Positions 37,950-50,779 of a stretch of 64,000 nucleotides of DNA are shown here, one piece after another (positions within the stretch are counted from its first letter, which is position 1; each line of letters starts with the position of its first letter). The notes beneath the pieces were generated by a model. The model did not search any database, had not been told where the DNA came from, and worked only from the letters and a program-made list of their open reading frames with translations. The DNA comes from Chiloscyllium plagiosum. Taxonomy: Eukaryota. Position numbers and translations under genes: made by a program. The stretch spans positions 71,812,521 through 71,876,520 of the forward strand of contig NC_057711.1 in the NCBI RefSeq assembly GCF_004010195.1, in the 5' to 3' direction.

Positions 37950-39270
37950 CATTTTATTCATCCCATGAAGATGTTTCTGAATTCAATTTGTTAAAGGATG
38001 TGGAGTATTTCTGGGCTTGTAGAAACAGAATGGTTTAGCCTGTTTCTTAAAGTGATATTGTATTCACTATTGGATTTATCTAATCCTGTGTACAATTTAA
38101 GAATCAGATCTCACAGGAACTTTTATCTCTGTGCTGATGTAGTCCTTCAACCTTTTTAAGAAGGTTAAAGATAAAACACACTTTCTTTCTCAAGAATGAA
38201 GCTTTCTAATTCTGAATTACATACATATTCTCTATTAGCTAAGAATGTAGTACGACTGGCAATGTCCATTTAACATTGGGATTTGTTGCAGCTGCACAAT
38301 GAAACTCCATACAGACTGTAACATCTGTTTCTGAGACATGGTGTATTCTTTTAGCCTTTATCAAGCCTAAATTGAGTAAAACATCCATCGACTTAAGTAA
38401 GCTCAATCAACCTAGTTGTGATGGACCTATTCCCCTTAGGAATGCAAAGGATATTTTTCTAAATGGAAACATGTCCTTAAGTGCAGGTGTCTCTTTTAAT
38501 TTAGGTGGGTCATCTATGTGCAGAGCTCTGTATGCAACCACACATGCTCCCACTGTCATGGATGTTTTTCAGATACTGAACATCCTTTGGAAGGGACCCA
38601 TTTAGTTACAGATGTAGCATGCTTTTTTCTGAGCTGGACACTGTCTTTGCATGTGAAGCTAATGTGTTCTACAGCACTGACCCAGATACTTGTTACCTGA
38701 TATTTTCCCTCCTTTTTTTTGCCTTGTCATGTCTGCTTAGGATGTTTATACCTTGTAAAATTAATAGGTTCCATTGCTCTTCTGTAGTAAAATTTTCTTG
38801 TCTCAGGATTTGTGATTTTTCCAGCTTTTTAATTCTAGTATAATTTTGATAGCCTTTTCCAAAGTTAAATATTTCTTGAGATGTTAGAGATCTGATAAAG
38901 GCTGATCAAAAATTCCATCAACGATTCTGTCTCTTATGAATTCTGATTGAAAAGCTCTGTATTCACAGGTTTCAGCTAATCATGTATTCAAGGTTATTCT
39001 CAACTTTGCAGTGTTCTCCGCCAGACTTTGTTAATTCGCTTTCACTGCTGAGCTGTATCAAGTTCTTCCAATAAAGCTTTAAATTGCATTTATTGGTTGT
39101 TCTGTAATGATTTACTGCTTCCACCTCTGCAATCTTTTTCTTGTAAAGCACTTGCAGTTTAAAAGACTGTTTTAAAGCTTTAAACTTCTGCATTGTGGCA
39201 ATATCTTTCTAATAGAGCTTGTAAGGTTCTTTTCACAGTTTTAAAGCATGTAAATTCTGTTAAATATTTT
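37950..39270 (-). pseudogene. Ty3/Gypsy LTR-retrotransposon gag-protease-RT N-terminal remnant
   Basis: LAETCEYRAFQSEFIRDRIVDGI..LTLEKAI (gag); CYICN*MGPF (decayed CCHC); FTQFRLDKG (DTG protease); YTGLDK..EYNITL..PRNTPHPL. Confidence 0.75.
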
Positions 39271-39304
39271 GTTCAGAGGTATCATCTTGCTGAGTGCAGG
39301 AATC

Positions 39305-39541
39305 AATATCTGGAACTGAGAATCTAATGATGACCATAAGCTGATTGCCAGGAGAAGACCCATCTATTTCACTAATGCCCTTTAGGGAAGGAAGCTGTAA
39401 TCCTTACTTGGTCTGGCCAACATGTGACTCCAGACCCACAACAATGTGGTTGACTCCTAATTGCCTTCTGGGGCAATTAGGGATGGGCAATAAATACTGG
39501 CCTGGTCAGCAACACCCTCATTCTGTGAATGAATAAAAAAG
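39305..39541 (+). mobile_element. Second SINE family, 5'-truncated
   Basis: CATGTGACTCCAGACCCACA; GGGCAATTAGGGATGGGCAATAAATACTGGCC tail. Confidence 0.85.
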
Positions 39542-40279
39542 CAAAATGGAGGGTAGCACTATTTTAGGTTGATTCATACTTTTGGTGCCTCATGAAAAGG
39601 CTATTTGCACTTTTCTTTCTGTTCATATACCTTCTGATTTTCAATTTTAAAAAATCTTTTCTTATATCTTGATTGCTTATTTGGTTTATTATTCTTCTTT
39701 TGCCTTTGACTTGCTGTTGTTACCTCAGCATGTTGCCAGTTTGAATAAAACTTTCAATCAAGGTCTGCTTTCCACCTCCACAGGCAATTTGTCTGTGTTG
39801 GAAGGGGATGTTCCTTCTACTACTTTGGGAGACAATCCTGTGAAACCCACTTACTCCCAGCAGGCTCCAGACATGTGCCAGGCTTTTCTGAGAGAATGCA
39901 TAGTCCACAATCTGCCTCATAATGGCAACGGCCACCCCTGTGTAAATGGTGCTGCCTGTCAACTGAGACATACTTCCAATCTCTGAGCCCTGCCTCCATC
40001 CATATTTACCCATCGTCGTGCCAAGTCATTGAAGCATCTTTATCCTGCTGCTGCATTCTTTACCATGTTACTTCTAACCCTGCTGCTCTGTGGGACTTTT
40101 AGTAACCCTGCATCTCTATGGAGTGGACCACCATCCTCAATGACGTTGGCAGCTCCAGTGGTGGACACTTGATTGCTCACTGTTGGAAAGATGCCCTTTT
40201 GGGTTTTGCTGCCCATCTAAGTTGGACTGTTTCCTGCTTTTTTACTTCAGGATTAGCCATCCTAATAAATTCAGCCCAG

Positions 40280-40480
40280 AATGTTCTTGGATGAGTCAGC
40301 CAGTCAGAGTTGTGAGCAGAGTGCATTGTAAAGATCAGAACAATTGTATATCATGGTCCACTATCTGTGCTGATTCAGATGAACCCGTCTTGAGCAACGG
40401 TAAGGATACTATTGACCTCAGTTCCACTGAGTTATAGAAAGAGGAAATCAATTCAGATTCTCATTCCTGATTGCAACTGA
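40280..40480 (+). mobile_element. Old AmnSINE2-like SINE 5' part
   Basis: TCTGTGCTGA..ACTATTGACCTCAGT..GAGGAAATCA..TTCCTGATTGC. Confidence 0.45.
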
Positions 40481-40722
40481 TAATAACAGAAAGTTATCCC
40501 TTTATACTTTTAATATTCCTTAATCATATTTTAGTACCTGATAGGTTTTATGACCACTTACTGATTGCATTATTGCTTCTATCTGTGTATAATAAAATGT
40601 ACATTATCTGTCACCAATGAGACTTCAAACATAGCTGACTCTAAATAGGCCATTCAACAAATTAGAAAAAAGCTCAATCTATTGAACTGCGATCTGCCAA
40701 ATTTATATATAGTCTATTTTCA

Positions 40723-41017
40723 GGGGCGGTGCGTTGTCTCAGTGGTTAGCACTGCTGCCTCACAGCGCCAGGGTCCCAGGTTCGATTCCAGCCTTGGGCG
40801 ACTGTGTGGAGTTTGCAAACTCTCCTCGTGTCTGTATAAGTTTCCTCCCACAGTCCAAAGATGTTCAGGTCAAGTGAATTGGACATGCTAAATTGCTCAT
40901 AGTGTTAGGTGCATTAGTCAGAGGGAAATGGGTTTGGGTGGGTTACTCTTCGGAGGGTCAGTGTGGATTGGTGGCCAAAGGGCCTGCTTCCACACTGTAA
41001 GGAAGCTAATCTAATCT
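40723..41017 (+). mobile_element. HE1-like V-SINE
   Basis: CTCAGTGGTTAGCACTGCTGCCTCACAGCGCCAGGG..GGTTCGATTCC; (CTAAT)n tail. Confidence 0.92.
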
Positions 41018-41374
41018 GATACAAGGTCTACAAAGAGACAATACAGCAATTGTCTGTTTGTACTGAGAAACTTGTATTCCCAATGCCGGACTGTTCCCTG
41101 CCTTGAAGATGGTGAACGGTTTGAGACTGTTACCTGAGCAGCTTCCTTGAAACATGTGAGATCCAATTTGATTGATGTCACTGCTGCTGCTGCAAGAACA
41201 AATAATGGGTCAGCTACAATTAATTGTGACAATTAAAAGTCGACTCCTTACTTTTGGCCAAAAAATCTTGTATTTTCCATATATCTCATGCAAATGTAGA
41301 CCCTATCATATCGCATTATAAACCTCTTACAAAGGAAACTGCATGTTCCCATTAACCCACTTAAACGAAATTGA

Positions 41375-41562
41375 ATTCATTCATTCATACCGGTAACTCT
41401 ACTCATCGTTCCTTGTTTACTATAAAAGGTCCCTATTCATTCATTCATAACTCTACTTAGCCCACTTGGTTCCCTAGAGCATTTATTGATGCATTCATTC
41501 ATTCAGACTGGTGCTAAGTCTATTGATACATCCAAAGTTTGTTCACTATACATCCAAAGTTA
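41375..41562 (+). repeat. Dispersed (CATT)n tracts and a short duplicated ATACATCCAAAGTT
   Basis: ATTCATTCATTCA three times; 14-mer twice at ~41527 and ~41548. Confidence 0.6.
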
Positions 41563-42682
41563 ATATTGTTAAAAAGTTAATCATTTTAATTGTGCCATTA
41601 TATCTGAACAAAAGTGAGATATATTCGCCACATATATCTTTAATTTTTTGACAAATGTGTTAATGCTGCTGAACTTCATTACATATGAAAGCAAATGGGA
41701 GGGAAACAGAAGAATTTGACGGGAAAATTCAAATGCTTGCACATTCAGAATTAAATAAATGTTTCCTTTTAAGTGTGCCATCACACCAGGCCATGACAAT
41801 ATTGAACAGTGTGATTTTGCAGGATTTCAATGAACCTTTGACATGTTAAATTTTCATACCGCTATGTATAAATAAAATTTACTACCAGTAATTCATTCTT
41901 GTTTCTCTTGCTTTTATCCAGTAATTACTTTTACCATAATTCATTGTGTTTTTCTTCTTTACCTGGGATTAGTTGAGCGATCAAATCGACTTCTGCAAAT
42001 AATATGGTATTTCAAACTGCAGCATGAATTTCAGCCACTCAAAACTCGTGCCCGTGTAATAGTTGACCCTATAAATTGAACCTTTAAAAATAGTCTAAAA
42101 GGTTTGGTTTTTACACAAGTATATACGATATATTATAGAGTACATTTTACTTTCATTGGTTAAGCTGGGATGAAAGTAAGCAATCGGAACTTCATGTATA
42201 AGTGTTATGTTCCAAAGTACAAAAATCATTGCGTTTAAGTATGTTTAATATCCTCAAGTTGTTGTAAAACATGGATGGAAATTCAAATACACTTTAACAG
42301 GTCAGAATTTGTTACAACAGAGCAACTAATACGATCTGCCTTTAAGCTAGAGTTGCAACTTGCAAGTTCCTGTTTGCAACCCTTCTGTATACAAGTTGCT
42401 GAAAATGTAAGCTGGCAGCATGGCAACACAGGAAGAGAAGCAAATGAGCCCTGAGTGGATGGAACAAGCAACTATGTCCCTTTAACCAACTTGAAGCACG
42501 GTGAAATGAACAGTGCAAGGACTGTGAAGGAAGTGTAAATTAGAATAGGTGAATTTTGTGTAAAAGAGTACTAAAGAGATTAAAAGTGAGATTACGTCGA
42601 GGAGGGGAAGAAGAAGCAAAAGGTGGATTTTTCTTCTTTGGTTGGAGTGTTGAGAATAAAAGAGACTGTGATGATTTAGAGC

Positions 42683-44260
42683 CATAGAGTCATAGAGATG
42701 TACAGCATGGAAACAGACCCTTCAGTCCTACTCGTCCATGCCGACCAGATATCCCAATCCAATCTAGTCCCACTTGTCAGCACCCGGCCCATATCCTTCC
42801 AAACACTTCCTATTCATATACCCATCCAAATGCCTCTTAAATGTTGCAATTGTACCAGCCTCCACTACATCCTCTGGCAGCTCATTCCACACACGTACCA
42901 CCTTCTGTGTGAAAAAGTTGCCCCTTAGGTCTCTTTTATATCTTTCCCCTCTCACNNNNNNNNNNNNNNNNNNNNNNNNNNNNNNNNNNNNNNNNNNNNN
43001 NNNNNNNNNNNNNNNNNNNNNNNNNNNNNNNNNNNNNNNNNNNNNNNNNNNNNNNNNNNNNNNNNNNNNNNNNNNNNNNNNNNNNNNNNNNNNNNNNNNN
43101 NNNNNNNNNNNNNNNNNNNNNNNNNNNNNNNNNNNNNNNNNNNNNNNNNNNNNNNNNNNNNNNNNNNNNNNNNNNNNNNNNNNNNNNNNNNNNNNNNNNN
43201 NNNNNNNNNNNNNNNNNNNNNNNNNNNNNNNNNNNNNNNNNNNNNNNNNNNNNNNNNNNNNNNNNNNNNNNNNNNNNNNNNNNNNNNNNNNNNNNNNNNN
43301 NNNNNNNNNNNNNNNNNNNNNNNNNNNNNNNNNNNNNNNNNNNNNNNNNNNNNNNNNNNNNNNNNNNNNNNNNNNNNNNNNNNNNNNNNNNNNNNNNNNN
43401 NNNNNCTCTGTCTTCTACCTTTGAGCCAGTTCTGTATCCAAATGGCTAGTTCTCCCTGTATTCCATGAGATCTGACCTTGCTAATCAGTCTCCCATGGGG
43501 AACCTTGTCGAACGCCTTACTGAAGTCCATATAGATCACATCTACTGCTCAGCCCTCATCAATCATCTTTGTTACTTCTTCAAAAAACTGAATCAAGTTT
43601 GTGAGACATGATTTCCCATGCACAAAGCCATGTTGACTATCCCTAATCAGTCCTTGCCTTTCCCAATACATGTACATCCTGTCCCTCAGGTATCCCTCCA
43701 ACAACTTGCCCACCACTGAAGTCAGGCTCACTGGTCTATAGTTCCCTGGCTTGTCTTAAACAATGGCACCATGTTTGCCAACCTCCAGTCTTCTGGCAAC
43801 TCACCTGTGACTATCGATGATACAAATATCTCAGCAAGAAGCCCAGCAATCACTTCTCTAGCTTCCCACAGAGTTCTCAGGTACACCTGATCAGGTCCTG
43901 GGGATTTATCCACCTTTAACCATTTCAGGACATCCAGCATTTCTTCCTCTGTAATCTGGACATTTTGCAAGATGTCACCATCTATCTCCCTATAGTCTAT
44001 ATCTTCCATTTCCTTTTCCACAGTAAATACTGATGCAAAATATTAATTTAGTATCTCTCCCATTTTCTGTGGCTCCACACAAAGGCCGTCTTGCTGATCA
44101 TTGAGGGGCCCTATTCTCTCCCTAGTTACCCTTTTGTCCTTAATATATTTGTAAATACCCTTTGCATTCTCCTTAATTCTATTTGCCAAAGCTATCTCAT
44201 GTCCCTGTTTTGCTCTCCTGATTTCCCTCTTAAGTATAGTCCTACTTCCTTTATACTCTT
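42683..44260 (-). mobile_element. Relatively young CR1/HER1 LINE spanning the assembly gap
   Basis: KSPGPDQ, SLTSVVGK, DSQHGF, YMDFSKAFDKVPHGRL, RGNFFTQKVVRVWNELP; CATAGAGT tail. Confidence 0.93.
42956..43405. other. Assembly gap (450 N)
   Basis: Run of N. Confidence 1.
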
Positions 44261-46429
44261 ATTTAATTGAATGAGAATTGAAAAATCACATTCTTGCTGT
44301 CAGTTTAAAGTTCCAGAATTAACTTTCCCTTTCCAAATAACCTCTGTTCAATTCAGATGCATCATGCTTCAGAAACTCAAATGCATTTTAAAAAGTACCT
44401 ATCGGGTTGGTGCTTGTCTTCATAATGAACGCATACGACAACTGTTGTCGCAATGTTCCTTCCCTTCATATTAGATGGAAACACTATAACTGCAGAAGGG
44501 CCTCCATGGTGTCTTGGACCATTGCCTACTCCCCACCCCCCTCACACCACAACAGGGCATGCATAATGCAGTGAGGGTGGATTCCAGCCAGAACAGGAAC
44601 TGGGTCATGTCCACTTCAAGTGGTTGGCTGTGGTCAATTAGGTTGTTGGCCCAACATAAGACTGGAGATTGACTCTATATCAGTCCAGGGGCATGGTCAG
44701 TTCTGGCAGTCAACAAAAGCAGGTTAGGCCATTGCTGTTCACTCTGTTGGGATCAATTTGCAGAATCAGTCCAGGGGGTGGGCCATTGCCAGTTGAGGCT
44801 TCCTGCAAAGACTGTCTGGAAGGATGAACCATGATCTCTTAAGGGATCTGGGCTGATATGCTCCAGGGAGGTTTTAGGGTCCATTCATATTGATGCGGAG
44901 GGTGCAAACAGCTCAAGTCTGGGGATTAGACTGTTGTATTTGCTAGCTGCAGAAATCATCACTGTCATACAGAACAATTGTAGGATGGTTATAAGAGGAA
45001 ATTGCACGGTCTCAAAGAGTGGGATTAACACAAGTCATGGTCACCCTGGCATCGATATGGGAAGTATGCAGGGCTAGCAGGGACACCAGCAACTTGATAG
45101 TCCAAGGCTCCGGAATAAACCTGATATTATAATAGGCACCAGAAGGAGCTCAGCTGAAGTGGTGAGGGGTTGCGAGTGAAGGGTCATCCTGGGCACAGGA
45201 AGTGTGACTTAATAAGGAATGTAAATAAAGCAGGGGACAAGAGAGGCATAATTCATTGACTAGAGATCACAAAATCTAAGCCACACTGTAATGATCCAAT
45301 AATCAACCAACACATAAGGCTTTAAAAGCAACCAGACGGTGATGAGTAAATAAATGCTTTAATAAAAGTAGGTGGAGTTCAAAGCTGGAATGCCAGGCTT
45401 CCTAAAGGGCTGTTTCAGTAATGATGAATTCAGTGATTACACATTGCCATCCATCTGCCTCCAATTTACAGTTAAACACAATCTCAACATCACTATACCA
45501 TGCAATTTAGATGTGATCTTAGCAAGTACTGACTGAGAGTACGTTGTAATCTGACTGGCATCTTGAGATCTCAGAGATCATCAAGGCTCAATGGAGCAAG
45601 GCATATTCACTCAACACCTCATCTTCCCATCCTGCAAAGCATTCAGTCTCTCATATATTGCAGTGACCATGACCTCATATTCAAGATGTTAGGCCAGGGA
45701 TCCTATGGTAGGATTGGGGTGGGGGGGAAGGGGGGGCTTCCTGGCCCCTGCACTTTCCTAGGCTGCATGGAAAATTTCTTGGGCCACCTTACATGAATGC
45801 AGGATTACTTATGTATGTGGGAAGTCGCTTAGCAAGTTGGAAGATGATCCAGCAGTAGTACATGCCTCCAATCCCCTGTCAGAGTTTGGTGATAATAAGG
45901 CATCCATTCAACAAACTGGGCCACGTAGATACAAACAAGAGTGCGTGTTGTTGAGGCCTTGGTCTGACATGGCACCAGCTCTGTGATGGCATAATCTGGA
46001 GCTTCATGGGGAAGGAGGTCAGGGGTGAGCATCCCTTGACTGAGATTGTGTACTTTCTCTAGTTTTTCTCACAGAATTGCTGCAACTGAGGAAGCATAGT
46101 AGACTTCATCCAGTCCTACTAATGCAAAAGAACCAACTCAGAAGACACCAGGGATAAATCCATCTTCAGTAAAAGCTGCCACTGCGATGGAACTTGCAGC
46201 GGAAGAAGCAACAAGAGCTAGCATGTAGCTGAAGGCTCTGATGCAGAACAGGATCTAGAGGGTTAGGTACAGCTAATGAGTCAGCCCTGGCGTAGAAGGT
46301 TTTTATGGACTCCCAAGCCATGATGTTGCACCTATGTCAGTTACTCCATGTGGAACTGTGGTTACAAGGATAGGCTACCTTTAAATTCTTTGCCATGAGA
46401 TAGTTTTAGGGAGTTACTGGGGACATCTA

Positions 46430-47000
46430 TATCATTGCCCAGTCCTCAAATCATAAGTATATCTGGGATGTGACTGATGACCCCTGCCAAGTTAATCTTA
46501 CGGAGGGGAGTCAGACAGCGAGGGTATTGGGATTCTCAGCCATTGCTGGTTTCCTACAGCTTCTGAGTGCAGTCAATTCCCCCCATATCATAATGAGAAC
46601 ACCCTTTCATCAACAAGCAGTCTTCAGGAATCCCACCCATTTCATGTTCAAATCAATTGTGGTAAAAACAGCCAGATATTGCGTATCTTTGCCAGATATC
46701 CAGTGATCCATCTATCCTCGATCTCACAAAAATACCCATTTTCCTGGGAAAGGCGAGAGAGCTCCCAACCCCCATACCTGGCTGATGATTGCTCAAAGAA
46801 ATTCTCAATCTGTCGATCAGCACTAGACCAGACATAGGACACCGGAAGGTTAGGTTCTGAATGCTGGACTGTGATAGAAAGGCGCCAAAGTGGACCACAT
46901 TAAGATGATAAGGGTTAGTTGACTTGAGTGCAGAGGTGACAGGAAGCCTCTTGAGGAGGAAGATGAGGGTGATGATTCTAAGATGGATCAGGAGAACTGT
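46430..47000 (+). pseudogene. Harbinger (HARBI1-like) DDE transposase remnant
   Basis: TARVLGFSAIAGFLQLLSAVNSPHII (decayed GAIDCTH)..VFRN..FARYP..IGHRKVRF*MLD. Confidence 0.7.
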
Positions 47001-49019
47001 GAAGAAGGGGCAGAGCAATAGTCCACTCAGCCCAATAGGCCAGAGAAACCTTTATAATTACTTGCCTTCAGGGTGATTGAGCTCAGTTAAGACTTTCCAT
47101 GTCCATTTTATTATTTCATTTATGCAGTTGACCATCAAGACTCTGCTTGTTGTATTCCATATTCCTGAAAGATTGAATTGTTTTTCTATTTGATTCACCT
47201 CTCCAATTCCTCTGTGAAGTTTTCAGTGCATGTGAAAATCTTGCCCTGGAGCAAGGTTAGCTGTATATCAGCTGTAATACGTGTGAACACTTCCACTACC
47301 ACACGCTCCTGGATGTTTGTGCTAACATGGTCCTTAAGCCAAAATTATATGAGTTACATCAGGAGTCCACACTTTGCTAAATTCTACCAAGTTGTCCCAT
47401 ACCTTGAGTGTGCTGTTTATATACTCACTATCCCTTCAATGCTTGAGAAAGCACTGATCCTTCACTGTCCTCCTGAATCCTCTCAGACAATGCCTCCAAT
47501 ACCGAAGATTCTGAATTGTGGAAACTGTTGCCTCCTTTGCATTCTTCAATGATAGTAATTTGATATTTGAGTTGCTTATTGGTGATGTCATAACATTAAA
47601 CCTTGTATTGTGTGTTTAAGAACCTCAGAGAGGAGATAGAACTTTTCCTCCTGAGGTTTGGAGATATGCAAGAGATTCCATCATGGATTCCATCAAGTAC
47701 ATGTACAGGCCCTGCCTCCTCTGCTCGATCTTATCACTACCAAAGTATCCTTGAGGTTTAACTATGGTGTCCTGACTACAACCTCTATCTAATATGTGTG
47801 TGCTTCCCTGAGGGATGAGTCACCTACTTTGCAGATTATGACCAAGGTACCAAGGCATTTATAATGAAAACACATCCTTTAGCTGTTTGGAGCTGCTCCC
47901 TTCACTTTAGAAATTTTTAATTGGTCCTCTTGGGACAATAAATATACAGTAGACATTAGAACAGTGAAAGTAAATATTAATTTGCAAATGTACAGAATAT
48001 ATATATAACACTTGAACACTGATGTCATCATTGTTTCCTCAGGTTTTGTTTTCTCTATCCTACTATGTCTTGGTGCAAATCCAATGTTCACATTTGGGGT
48101 AAAGGTAGCTTGCTAACTGCTATTCCCTGGTGCCTTGGAAGACTTGGGCAGATGTAACCTGGGGATTTGGTGCCTAGTGGGTCCTGGCCAGCTAAGAGTC
48201 TCTGTGCAGGTGTAGGGCCAGCCTCTTTGGCTTCAGCTGCTAGAAGCAGTAGGTCACAGGAAGTGGGGGGGTCAGAAGGCTAGGACACCTCTGGATTGCC
48301 CTGAGAGGAAGATCCTGGAGTGAGAAATGACTATCACTGCTCCTCCCCATGGGTACCTGCTGGCACCTCCTTATCTCCTTAAAAAAGCAAAGTTCTTGAG
48401 GTAAGGTCAAGGTGCTGCATTCCTCTCTGGCCTAGCCACGGATGCTGAGCACCTGTCACTGGATACCTGAAATGGAGGACAGGTTTGAGCATATATCTGA
48501 CAACCTCTGAGTGTTGTGTTGGACCTGGATGTCCATAGCAACTGCACCCCTTTCCATGGAGACTCCAGCCAACCATATGCCAGAGTTACCGCGACAGTGA
48601 GAATATGGATGAGGACTTCCAGCTTTCATTTCAGCTTACAGTGCACCTTCAGCACATCAGCTTGATGTTCTTTTGCCTGGCTCAACAGATCCAGCAAGTC
48701 TTGGTAAGCTAGACCTGCCATAATTGCATGAATCAGCAGTTGTTGAGCGCCATGGGATCCTCAATTGGTCCAGCCTTCGCAAATGTGGGTTCCATGAGAA
48801 ATGTGCCTTCAATGGCATCTTACCGATAGATTGATCATACATTGCTATATTTGAATCTGCATATTTTCTGACATGTCTTAATGAACTCTATCAAGTGTTC
48901 AAATTCACCAACAAAATGAAACAGTCAAATTATCTCTCCTTTCCTGGGTATCCTAAAGGAGAAATTAGTCAGCGAGTTCTCAAATCTGTCCACCTCAACT
49001 CTACTTGCATTGGTCAGTC

Positions 49020-49368
49020 TTTTCTAATGGGACATGGGCATCATTGGCTGGTCAGCATTCATTGCCCATCCCAAGCAGTGATTGAACTAAATGGCTTGTT
49101 CTGCTATTTCAGAGGGCAGTTGAGAGTCAACCACATTGCTCTGGGTCTGGAGTCACATGTAGGCCAGACCAGGTGAGGATGGCAGATTTCCTTCCCTGAA
49201 AGATATTAGTGATGGGCTTTTCTGACAATTGGCAATGGGTTCACAATCATTAGGTTGCTAATTCCAGATTTCTTTTATATTGAATTAAAATTCCACGCAT
49301 GTTCCCAGAACATTAGCTGAGTTTCTGGGTTAATAGTCCAGCAATAATATCACTTGGCCATCATCTCC
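49020..49368 (-). mobile_element. Second SINE family copy
   Basis: GAGTCAACCACATTGCTCTGGGTCTGGAGTCACATGTAGGCCAGACCAGGT. Confidence 0.85.
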
Positions 49369-49448
49369 ACAATATACATTAGAATTCCTACATTGCCTCA
49401 TCTTATAAGATCAGCTTTATCAGAAATCTAGTAAATAGGTCCCAATTA

Positions 49449-49757
49449 CTAGTACATAATTCTTTATCTGAAATTCTGAAATCCGAAAAACTCCGATAAC
49501 CAAAGTCATTTTCATGAAAAATTTTTCTCCATTACAAGGTTGTTTGGCGTGCAAACAGTTAACCCAACTCCACACCTACTCAACCCACATCACTCAGGTG
49601 TGACATGGCGGCGTGGCCCAGCACTGACAGTTGTCAATTCTGTCTCAGTGCTCATTTTACTTTGCTGTGAAACTGTCACTTATTCTGAAATCCAAAAAAT
49701 TCTGAATTCCGAAAACCAGTTGTCCCTGAGGGTTTCAGGTAAAGGATTGTGTACCTG
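49449..49757. mobile_element. Tigger4/Zombi-like (pogo) MITE
   Basis: Imperfect ~25-bp TIRs (CTAGTACATAATTCTTTATCTGAAA / TTTCAGGTAAAGGATTGTGTACCTG), TA at 49447-48 and 49758-59, subterminal TTCTGAAATCC.AAAAA repeats. Confidence 0.8.
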
Positions 49758-50019
49758 TACATTTGTTCACCATAACAAGTTTATGCTAAAATAGGGAGCA
49801 TCAAAGTCATCCTTTGGATGATGGCTAACTTGATCAGATCATTGCTCGCTGTATATTGTGCAAACTCATACAAGGTCGAAGAAGGTCACTCTTGGTCCTG
49901 CAAAGTATCCCACCTACCTCAGATTAAAGTAAGATATCTCAAGGATTTGAACAGCAGGTAATGTGACTGGTTTCATGCTGCTACTATTTCGCTGTGGAAT
50001 TCCACTTCTTTCAGATCAA

Positions 50020-50779
50020 TGTGTGACCATCTCTGCAGCCATGGTGATTTCTTCTAAAATGTGGTATGTGAGAGAAACTTCCTGAAAAGTAATGGAGTTT
50101 TGCTTTCATTGTTCTTTTTGAGAGAACAGAGTAAACAGTTATGCTTCAGGTAGAAGGTTCTAGAAATGTTTTTTGTCTTAGCTTAGGGGGAACACCCAAA
50201 GTTTGAAGAGCTTCTTAGTTATAAATTAGTAGCATTTTCAGAGTTCTTGGCTGAAGTTAGGTCTGTAAGACAGTTGCTCCTGAAGGGCATAGTTTAGACC
50301 TGTTAAGAAGTAGGTGACCTCAAAGTTTATAAGCTCCAGAACAGAAGTATTTGTTTAAAACCCTGAAGGGGTTATTTGAAGCTGAGAAAGTCTACACTCA
50401 ATTGCATGAGGACTTGAGGAAGAGGTTATAAAATTCCCTAAACCAAGAATTGAGGTCTCCATTCAGTCAAATCCTTTATCTGGCATAGAAGGAAATTCTC
50501 CCTGGTACGAGTACTGTAGAAGAGTTTTTTTTAAGGATTAGCATGCTTACAATTTAACTGTTTGTTTTAAAATCTTTAAACATGTGTTATAAGTAAACAG
50601 TGTGCTTTATTTTCCTTACTTCTTTCATGTAATAAATTCTGTTTCATTACTAAAACCAAATCTGCAATATTTATTATCGGTGAAAGATCACTTTGTTCAA
50701 ACTAAAATATGATCTATCAAGCCCGATTCTAGTCTAGTATCTGACTTGTCCATTAGTAACATCAGCAAGGATTATAACA
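50020..50779 (+). mobile_element. Probable solo LTR
   Basis: Starts TGTGAC, AATAAA at ~50631, ends ATAACA, followed by a CR1 3' remnant; left boundary and TSD uncertain. Confidence 0.4.

Noticed and set aside
41375..41562. Spaced short repeats as a CRISPR-like array
   Set aside because: Microsatellite-like CATT units with irregular spacing in eukaryotic context
42774..43539. Long ORFs spanning the N run
   Set aside because: Artefact of translating N
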